From: Candidatus Micrarchaeota archaeon UBA95
GTDB lineage: Archaea; Micrarchaeota; Micrarchaeia; Norongarragalinales; Norongarragalinaceae
NCBI GenBank assembly: GCA_002499405.1
Contig: DALH01000018.1
Location: 1-39,013 of the forward strand
Direction: 5' to 3'
Length of the DNA: 39,013 bases
Below are positions 26,282-32,358 of the stretch, piece after piece. The first letter of the stretch is position 1. Every line of letters starts with the position of its first letter. Made by a program: the position numbers and the translations under genes. Under the pieces are notes generated by a model. That model saw only the letters and a program-made list of their open reading frames with translations. It ran no database searches and was not told where the DNA came from.

Positions 26282-26736
26282 AACCCACTCACGATGCGCG
26301 GCTTTCCGGGTTCGGGTTTGTTGCCTTGGTTTTCGTAGTATGCGGCGGCCTCCTTGTTCAACGGGTCCGAGGGGTTCGGGTTTTTTAGCAGGTATTGCAG
26401 GGCGTTGACGACGTTGGTTATTGTTTGGTTTTCCGCCCAGTCGTTCACGAGTTGGATGCATACCTTGCCGTCTTCTTCGCGTATGTTGGGGTGGAATATC
26501 GGGGTGAGCCACGTGATTTCAACGCCGCCGGGGTAGGGATAGTTGCGGTTCAACTCTATTTTGACGGCGTGCTTGTTTTTTTCGAGTACGTGGTCGCCTT
26601 CGCGGTAGAGGCCCGGGCCGTTCAAGCTCAGCACGTATTCCGTGTAATCCGAGTTTACCTCGAATTTGGTTCCAGAGTTCCGCATTTGCTGGTATTCGTT
26701 TTCGAGGCGGCGCTTCCAGATCTGCGGGGGGAGCAT
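26278..26736 (-). CDS. Ubiquitin-conjugating enzyme E2 (UBC fold)
   Basis: 152 aa. YPYPGGVEITWLTPIFHPNIREEDGKVCIQLVNDW: HPN motif followed by the catalytic Cys and conserved Trp, then the PNPSDPLN loop. The ATG directly abuts the stop of the Ub-like gene. Confidence 0.9.
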   Translation of the reverse strand: MLPPQIWKRRLENEYQQMRNSGTKFEVNSDYTEYVLSLNGPGLYREGDHVLEKNKHAVKIELNRNYPYPGGVEITWLTPIFHPNIREEDGKVCIQLVNDWAENQTITNVVNALQYLLKNPNPSDPLNKEAAAYYENQGNKPEPGKPRIVSGL

Positions 26737-26979
26737 TCAGCCACCCGTAGGGTCGGGAATCAACAACAGTTCTTGGTTCTCCTTGATTTCGGCTTCTTCC
26801 AGAGTCATGTCGGGGTTTAGTATTTTGTTTTCCTTGGTTGCCAGAACGAAGCGGTCCTTCAAGTGAAGGTTTTCGGCGAGTACTTCCAGCACCGAGGAAA
26901 CCGAGTAGTCCCCTTCAACCGCCAGTATGATTTCCTTTCCAGACGTGGTTTGGGTTACCTTGATGTTGAATTCGCTCAT
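26737..26979 (-). CDS. Ubiquitin-like beta-grasp protein ending in Gly-Gly
   Basis: 80 aa. MSEFNIKVTQTTSGKEIILAVEG...ELLLIPDPTGG then stop. Size, alternating beta-strand pattern and the C-terminal GG are typical of Ub/Ubl modifiers. Confidence 0.85.
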   Translation of the reverse strand: MSEFNIKVTQTTSGKEIILAVEGDYSVSSVLEVLAENLHLKDRFVLATKENKILNPDMTLEEAEIKENQELLLIPDPTGG

Positions 26980-27015
26980 ACGTTTTTTAAGGTCAAGAGA
27001 TTAATATTCCTTGTT
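26980..27015. promoter_or_regulatory. 36-nt divergent promoter region of the Ub-E2 and JAMM-RING units
   Basis: TTTTTTAA (26983..26990) is 26-33 nt upstream of ATG 27016. AATATTAAT (27008..27000, minus strand) is 21-29 nt upstream of ATG 26979. These are crossed leaderless-type TATA boxes. Confidence 0.4.
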
Positions 27016-27702
27016 ATGGCCGACGACGAAATGCAGGAAATTCGGGGCAAGAAAGAGCCGCGGCCGCCGGTCGGAACCAACGTTGAAGAAGACGGGGAAA
27101 GGGTTTCACAGGAGGAGTCGGTCGAGGAAATGAAACCAGTTCAGGCGCCAGTACAGGAATTCCCGCCCAAAAAAAGTCGGGAAGCGCGGTCGGAGCAGGA
27201 GTTGGAGGCAAGCGACTTCTCGGATTTGCCGGGCAAAGACGTTTCAGGCGCAAAGCCGACCCGGGACGAACAGTTGCCTTCGCCGCCCAAGCCGCCGGCG
27301 CAGGAAGCGCTGCAGGAAAAATCATCCGAAGAAAAAATCGCGGAAATTGAGGAATCGCCCGCCGAGGAAACCGGAGAACCCTCCGAGGAAGATGAGTCCC
27401 TGCAGGAAGTGAAGCCGCCGGATGAATTAAAGGAGTTGCGGGAATCCGAACAGGAAGCGCAGGAGTTGTTGGAGGATGACTCCAAGCCGCGTTATATGCG
27501 GTTTCACGAGCGGGCGCGGCAAAGCACTTTTCCGGGGAGCGCCGAGCAGGCGAAAAAAGACATCACGCCGGTTTCAAGCGAGCCGCAAATAACCACGGAA
27601 CAACGCGTTAACCAGGCAATAGAGTTGCACAAGGCGCAACAAAAGGAAGGATTATTCTCCAAGTTGTTGAGTCCCATAAAACGCAAGCTCGGGTTCACGT
27701 GA
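27016..27702 (+). CDS. Acidic Glu/Pro/Ser/Lys-rich, probably intrinsically disordered protein (hypothetical)
   Basis: First ATG after the divergent promoter, within ORF 26863..27702; 228 aa. Low-complexity acidic sequence (EESVEEMKP..., EEKIAEIEESPAEETGEPSEEDESLQE) with a short basic amphipathic C-terminus (LFSKLLSPIKRKLGFT). The stop overlaps the JAMM start (TGATG). Confidence 0.7.
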   Translation: MADDEMQEIRGKKEPRPPVGTNVEEDGERVSQEESVEEMKPVQAPVQEFPPKKSREARSEQELEASDFSDLPGKDVSGAKPTRDEQLPSPPKPPAQEALQEKSSEEKIAEIEESPAEETGEPSEEDESLQEVKPPDELKELRESEQEAQELLEDDSKPRYMRFHERARQSTFPGSAEQAKKDITPVSSEPQITTEQRVNQAIELHKAQQKEGLFSKLLSPIKRKLGFT

Positions 27703-28139
27703 TGTACTCCGCCTACTTTTTTCAAGCCGCCTTGGAGGAGGCGCGCAGGCATTTCCTTGCAGCCGCCGAAAAAGGCGTGGAAGCAATCGGGTTGTTTGCG
27801 GGCCGGGTTTATAGTTTTCAAGGCAGGGATTACCTGGTTGCCGAGGAGTACGTGACCGAGGAAAATGATTCCTCGGCTTTGCACACGCGTTTCGCGCGCG
27901 AAGCGTTCAAGGGGCTGGCCAAGAAGTATTCGGGAAAACCGTTCGTTGTATGGGCGCACTCGCACCCGAATTACGGGTGCTTCATGTCTTCGCAGGACTT
28001 GGCGGCGCACAACTCGTTCTTCAACGAGCCGTACCACCTCGCGCTGGTGGTGGACCCGGTGCGCGGAGAGGAAAAACTGTTTAAGGTTGAAGGAGAAGAA
28101 TTTTATCCGGTGCCGTACGCGGTGGTGAAAAAGAAGTGA
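27702..28139 (+). CDS. JAB1/MPN/JAMM metalloprotease (Rpn11-like deubiquitinase candidate)
   Basis: 145 aa (ATG 27702; a GTG at 27699 is also possible). Upstream Glu (VAEEYV) and an exact JAMM motif HSHPNYGCFMSSQD (HxHx7Sx2D). Confidence 0.88.
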   Translation: MYSAYFFQAALEEARRHFLAAAEKGVEAIGLFAGRVYSFQGRDYLVAEEYVTEENDSSALHTRFAREAFKGLAKKYSGKPFVVWAHSHPNYGCFMSSQDLAAHNSFFNEPYHLALVVDPVRGEEKLFKVEGEEFYPVPYAVVKKK

Positions 28140-28825
28140 GTGCCGGGAAGCGTTTTACTTTGACGAAGTTCGACAAGGATTTGCTGGGTTACCTGTCGGA
28201 CGGTCCATCGTCGCGCCGCGAGTTGTTGGCGAAGACGCGAGTCGCTGAATCCGAGTTCGACAAGCGCATCAAGAAGTTGAAAGCGAAGAAGTACGTCGTC
28301 CTGGACGGAGATGGGATTGCCTTGGGCGTTGGGGGCTACAACAAGTCGAGGCAACTGGACGCGGCGGCCAGGCGCAAGGAGACCAAAAAAGAACGGGTAA
28401 TGGTTTCCTTGCCGGAAGCAAAACCCGCGCCAAAACAGGAGCCGAAAACAGAGCCGGTTAAACCCGAACGCGTCGAGGCGCCGGCGAACGCAATCGACTT
28501 GGCGGAAATCCTGAAGCAGGCAAGCGAACGCATGCGCGAACAAAAAGGCGTTCAACAAAAATCAATTGAAAAGGAGCCATGGCCGCCGAAGCGCGTGCAA
28601 CCAAAGGAGTCGTGCGAGTTGTGCAAAGGCGAATTCTTCTTGTCCGTTAAGGGGGGTCACCCGAAGTACGGGCACTGTTTTTGCGGGGCTGCTTACCACA
28701 AGGACTGTTACGAGGCCGTGATGGGGGGCGACAAGCACTGCGTGAGGTGCGGCAGGAAACTGGAACTCTACCTTGACAAGGAGAGCGAGGAAGCCGTGCA
28801 TTCTATTCGGGACGTCTTCGACTGA
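28136..28825 (+). CDS. Winged-helix plus C-terminal C4HC3 RING-type zinc-finger protein (E3 candidate)
   Basis: 229 aa; the GTG start overlaps the JAMM stop (GTGA). N-terminal wHTH-like DLLGYLSDGPSSRRELLAKTRVAESEFDKRIKKLKAKKYVVL, a Lys/Pro/Glu-rich linker, and a C-terminal C-x2-C-x17-C-x-C-x4-H-x2-C-x10-C-x2-C pattern. Confidence 0.8.
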   Translation: MSAGKRFTLTKFDKDLLGYLSDGPSSRRELLAKTRVAESEFDKRIKKLKAKKYVVLDGDGIALGVGGYNKSRQLDAAARRKETKKERVMVSLPEAKPAPKQEPKTEPVKPERVEAPANAIDLAEILKQASERMREQKGVQQKSIEKEPWPPKRVQPKESCELCKGEFFLSVKGGHPKYGHCFCGAAYHKDCYEAVMGGDKHCVRCGRKLELYLDKESEEAVHSIRDVFD

Positions 28826-29441
28826 AAGTCATTTCCTCGATTCGCTTAAATCGTTTTTCATTGGTTTTCTTGCTTTTTGCCAGCCATTCGATTAGCTGAA
28901 TCGCTTTTTTCTTGTGTGCGTCCGCTCCTACCTGGTTTACCCGCCCCCAACTCGTTTCCGTTACGCTGGTCACTCCCTTTCTTATTTTTCCCCTATACCT
29001 ACTGCTGCCAATAAGTGGTTTTAGTTTTCTGTTTAGCTCTGTTCCGGTTGGTTTAAGTTGGTCTATGACGCCGCTTACGCCCAAGTTTGTAGCGGTTGCT
29101 ACTGAGATTCCCGCGGGGACGCTCCAAAAACCGAGTTTTCGCCATAGCGTTGCCGCGATTGCTCCGCTTCCGCCAATCAGCGCCCCACCCTCGATTTTTG
29201 CCCTGCGGCTCGTATGACCCCGTTTTGCAACTTCAATTGAATCGTTGATTTCTTTGATTAGCTCCCCGATTTCGTAGTGTTGGGCCGGAGTGCGGTTGGC
29301 GGGATGCGTTTGCAGGGCGATTTCGTGTTTTTTTAATGTCTCCAATATGTCTTTTTCCGCGTTCAGGATTTTTTGCGTGTGTTCAAACGCGTATCGGTTT
29401 GCGGTTATTCTTCTTTTTTTGTTTCCCTCTCCAATCGGCAT
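28803..29441 (-). CDS. Hypothetical glycine-zipper membrane-associated protein co-transcribed with E1
   Basis: 212 aa. Helical N-terminus, central GGALIGGSGAIAATLW...GISVATATNLGVSGVI hydrophobic Gly-rich hairpin, basic C-terminus. AGGGG SD-like sequence 8 nt upstream and 11 nt after the E1 stop. Visibly AT-richer than the flanks. Confidence 0.65.
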   Translation of the reverse strand: MPIGEGNKKRRITANRYAFEHTQKILNAEKDILETLKKHEIALQTHPANRTPAQHYEIGELIKEINDSIEVAKRGHTSRRAKIEGGALIGGSGAIAATLWRKLGFWSVPAGISVATATNLGVSGVIDQLKPTGTELNRKLKPLIGSSRYRGKIRKGVTSVTETSWGRVNQVGADAHKKKAIQLIEWLAKSKKTNEKRFKRIEEMTFSRRRPE

Positions 29442-29452
29442 TTATTTTCCCC

Positions 29453-30199
29453 TTAATGCACGGGGCAGTTCGCCCTTTTTGGAACGTCGTAAACGATTGT
29501 TTCCTGTTTCAAGCCGTCAAAGAAAACGTATTTTCCTTCAAGGCAGTCGCGGCCGTGAACCATTTTCACGAACTCGTTGGCCTGCATCGCGGCAATGATT
29601 GACGTCGTGGTGGCGAGCGCCGGCATCTTTGGGTCCAAGAAGTCAAGGACTTCGCCCACGCACGAATATTTTTTCCACATCTTCTTGTAATCCGCCTTGC
29701 TCATGGTGCATTCCAGGCACGAGGAAGGCGAGCGCACGACCTGCACCTTGCCGTGGAAGCCCGTAGTCCCTCCGTCAATGAGCGGAACGCGGCCGTAGCA
29801 GTAAGCGTTCAAGTGGAGGCGCGCGGCCTGGTTATCCAAGCCCGAGAAAGCGTAATCAAACCGGTCGTAAAACCAGTCGTCAAGGAATTCCAGGCGCTTG
29901 ACCACGGCCTTGATGCGTGCGTTCTCGTCCATGACGCGCGCTTTTTCCGCGAGCACTTCCGCCTTGAGTTTTCCAACGTCCGAGGAGTTGAAGAACACGC
30001 AGCGGTTGAGGTTCGCCTCGATTATGGAATCGTAGTCCACGAGCGTCAAGTCGCGAACCCCTTTTTGGACGAGCAACTTGATTAATTCGTTTCCGAGCGC
30101 GCCCGCTCCAACCACGAGACACCGCGCTTTGGATACCGCGTCCTGGTCCCATCCGTTGATGCGTTTCTGCCTGTCGAAGCGGTCGTCGTCCGCGCGCAT
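29453..30199 (-). CDS. Ubiquitin-activating E1-like enzyme (minimal ThiF/MoeB-type adenylation domain)
   Basis: 248 aa from ATG 30199 (the track's TTG at 30205 is less likely). RFDRQKRINGW...CLVVGAGALGNE (GxGxxG), VDYDSIIEANLNRCVFF, GLDNQAARLHLN, PLIDGGTTGFHGKVQVV, CLEC motif. Confidence 0.88.
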   Translation of the reverse strand: MRADDDRFDRQKRINGWDQDAVSKARCLVVGAGALGNELIKLLVQKGVRDLTLVDYDSIIEANLNRCVFFNSSDVGKLKAEVLAEKARVMDENARIKAVVKRLEFLDDWFYDRFDYAFSGLDNQAARLHLNAYCYGRVPLIDGGTTGFHGKVQVVRSPSSCLECTMSKADYKKMWKKYSCVGEVLDFLDPKMPALATTTSIIAAMQANEFVKMVHGRDCLEGKYVFFDGLKQETIVYDVPKRANCPVH

Positions 30200-30205
30200 A
30201 ATCAA

Positions 30206-30226
30206 TTTAACGGCTTACCCGTTAAA
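30206..30226. promoter_or_regulatory. Perfect 8-bp inverted repeat TTTAACGG-CTTAC-CCGTTAAA in the E1/dtdA divergent intergenic region
   Basis: It occupies most of the 34-nt spacer between ATG 30199 (minus) and ATG 30234 (plus). Each arm carries a TTTAA TATA-like core. Confidence 0.45.
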
Positions 30227-30233
30227 GTTCGTT

Positions 30234-31007
30234 ATGGCCGTAATCGCTTACTCGGTTCGAGACCCAGCCGGAAGAAAAATGGCGGAGGCGTTCAAGTCAA
30301 GCGGCTTCAAGGAGCGGGACTCGTTTCACGGCATGCCTTGTTGGGAGCGGGGCGAAGTGCTCCTGATTGAGTCCGAACAGGAAACAATAGGTTTTTCCAC
30401 GCGATTTGAAACCGATTTGTTGTTGTTTGCTTCAAAGCATTCCAGCGCTGCCGCCAAACCGTGCCTCACCGCACACTTTACGGGCAACTGGGGCCCCGCT
30501 CAACACGGCGGAAGGGAACGCGAACTGTGTTCGGCGCACCCTTCCGCGTTGAAGGCGGCTTTTGAATTTTTGCGCGCGAACCCGTTGGAAGGGTTTCCCG
30601 CGATTATGGAAGCAACCCACCACGGCCCAACCGCGTTGCCTTGCCGGGTCTTGTTCGTTGAAGTAGGCAGTTCCGAAAAAGAGTGGGAACACGAGGCGGC
30701 GTGTGAAACCGTGGCGCGCGCCTGCTGGGAGGCGTGCAGTGCGCCGAAGGCGGAAGAGTGCGTTCTTGGAATCGGGGGAGGGCATTATTGTTCCAAGTTC
30801 TCGGAGTTGGAAAAAGAAAACGCGTTTTCGCACGTTTGCCCGAAGTACGCGCTCGGGTTTCTGGACGCGGAAATGCTGGAACAGGCAATTCAAAAGGCGG
30901 GTGCGCCGGTCAAAAAAGCGTTCGTGGACAAGAAGGGTTGCGGCGCGCACAAGGCAAGGGTAATTAATTTGCTTGAGGAGGCAGGCCTTGATTACGAGAA
31001 GGTTTAG
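30234..31007 (+). CDS. dtdA: D-aminoacyl-tRNA deacylase, archaeal type (DtdA)
   Basis: Internal ATG of ORF 30078..31007; 257 aa. MAVIAYSVRDPAG..., HFTGNWG, MEATHHGPT and FVEVGSSEKEW blocks. Confidence 0.82.
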   Translation: MAVIAYSVRDPAGRKMAEAFKSSGFKERDSFHGMPCWERGEVLLIESEQETIGFSTRFETDLLLFASKHSSAAAKPCLTAHFTGNWGPAQHGGRERELCSAHPSALKAAFEFLRANPLEGFPAIMEATHHGPTALPCRVLFVEVGSSEKEWEHEAACETVARACWEACSAPKAEECVLGIGGGHYCSKFSELEKENAFSHVCPKYALGFLDAEMLEQAIQKAGAPVKKAFVDKKGCGAHKARVINLLEEAGLDYEKV

Positions 31008-32212
31008 AACTCGAACAACTTTTTCTGCCGTAGAATATTGCTCTTGGATGCGTAAGCGCGCCACGGGTTTTTGAGTCGGGTTGCGGCATCCGCCAAGGCC
31101 TTGGAAAGGGAATAGAATTCGTTGGGTTTGTTCCTGAAGGCGGCGCGCACGTTTTCGCGCACCTGCCACACGCCGACGGGCACGCGGTAGCCGTCGTAAA
31201 TCTCGCGGACCACGATGACGCGCGCCTGGACGTTTCGTTGTGCCAGCGCCTCGGCAACCGCGAAGCGCGCCGCGTAATACCCGCCACCCTCGCTTTGCGC
31301 GTAATCCTTTCGGCCTTGGAACGGCTCGTATTCGTAGGCGATGCTTGACTGGTTTTCGCTCCAAAAACTGCCCTTGGACCACGCCTCGAATTGTTCGTAC
31401 TCCCAGTTGCCCGGCAGTAAAATGATTTCAAACCTGTTGAACAAGTACTCGTTGGAATAAACCTGGTAGCAGTCGATTGTCTGGCTTTCACGGATTTTGT
31501 TGAGGTGTTCATTGGCGAGCATGGTGTCGGTAGCCGTGATTCCCCAACGCGTTGGCACGAGGCGCCGGTCTTCATGTTTTCCGAGCGCGCCCGCGGTCAA
31601 CAGTTTTTGGAGGTAATAATACTCGAATCCCTTTTCCAGCAGGGCGGTCAAGGCGTCCCTGGCCGTCCACCCCTCTTCAATTGCCTCGTCCACCGCTCCC
31701 GGAATGCAAGCGTTTCCCTGCACCTCTATGTTGCGCGCTTGCGCCGAGGGCCCGCTGGGCTGGCTCACGTCAAAAAATCTTACCTCGTTGCGGGGCACGT
31801 GTTCAAATGTTATAGCCACGTCCAGGGGCTTGGTGCTCATGGCCGCCTCCAGCAGGTCGCGGGAGAGCCGTTTTTTCACGCTTTGTTTTTGGTAGCCGCG
31901 CGCCATGACTGCGGCGCTTGAAACGATTTCGTCCAATGGCTTGCCATACCATTGAGAGGCGTCGGTTGAAGCACCCTCCAGACTCACGCTCGGACCAACA
32001 TTAACGCGGGGATAACCATTCCAGCCGACGAAGACGTTGGGAACGCTTTCGCCGACTACCTCCCTGCGCAGGCGTCCCGCCAGCGCCTGCCTGGCGTTGA
32101 ATCGTTCCAGAAGCGGGCATTTTTTTACTCCGCACATCAGCCGCCCCTTGCAAACCGTGCACGAGACCACGAATTGTTTTAAGCAAAGAAAAATAAATTC
32201 TTTTCCATTCAT
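31004..32212 (-). CDS. Archaeal Nre-family (DUF650/DUF651) putative DNA repair protein
   Basis: 402 aa. N-terminal CTVCKGRLMCGVKKCPLL cysteine motif and overall length/layout resemble Nre_N plus Nre_C proteins. Confidence 0.6.
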   Translation of the reverse strand: MNGKEFIFLCLKQFVVSCTVCKGRLMCGVKKCPLLERFNARQALAGRLRREVVGESVPNVFVGWNGYPRVNVGPSVSLEGASTDASQWYGKPLDEIVSSAAVMARGYQKQSVKKRLSRDLLEAAMSTKPLDVAITFEHVPRNEVRFFDVSQPSGPSAQARNIEVQGNACIPGAVDEAIEEGWTARDALTALLEKGFEYYYLQKLLTAGALGKHEDRRLVPTRWGITATDTMLANEHLNKIRESQTIDCYQVYSNEYLFNRFEIILLPGNWEYEQFEAWSKGSFWSENQSSIAYEYEPFQGRKDYAQSEGGGYYAARFAVAEALAQRNVQARVIVVREIYDGYRVPVGVWQVRENVRAAFRNKPNEFYSLSKALADAATRLKNPWRAYASKSNILRQKKLFEF

Positions 32213-32358
32213 ATGTCTCTTATATGTACTTTATTTCTCCCTCATAAGTCTTTTATAAAGTTCGAGCGGTCTTTTATCTGTCTTGTAATATGCACTTCCA
32301 GTATTGCATAACTCTTTTATATCTTTTCTTCTTTTGTTTTTGAGTGGGTTGAAATATC

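Noticed and set aside
26180-26512. 110-aa minus-strand ORF overlapping the E2 gene
   Set aside because: Its upstream two-thirds is an off-frame read of the conserved E2 coding region. Only the last 33 codons, starting at the ATG overlapping the E2 stop, were kept as a weak candidate.
26737-30199. Interpretation of the Ub-like protein plus E1 as a SAMP/MoaD/ThiS sulfur-carrier system
   Set aside because: A UBC-fold E2 with HPN...C and a RING-type finger sits in the same locus. No MoaE, ThiG or ThiH-type partners are nearby. A dual role is not formally excluded.
30432-31575. Long Arg/Pro-rich minus-strand ORFs (30432..31382, 30964..31575) and similar ones elsewhere (for example 3831..4361, 19018..19455, 36209..36784)
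   Set aside because: They are antisense or off-frame to well-conserved genes (dtdA, nre, eno, GGR and others). Their extreme Arg/Pro/Gly content is characteristic of GC-rich non-coding frames.
32213-32358. AT-rich spacer upstream of the Orc1-like gene as the replication origin
   Set aside because: It is only 146 bp, has no clear inverted ORB pair (only a TTCCAGT half-site), and is fully explained as a divergent promoter. The hypothesis is kept only as a note within the Orc1-like/histone finding.
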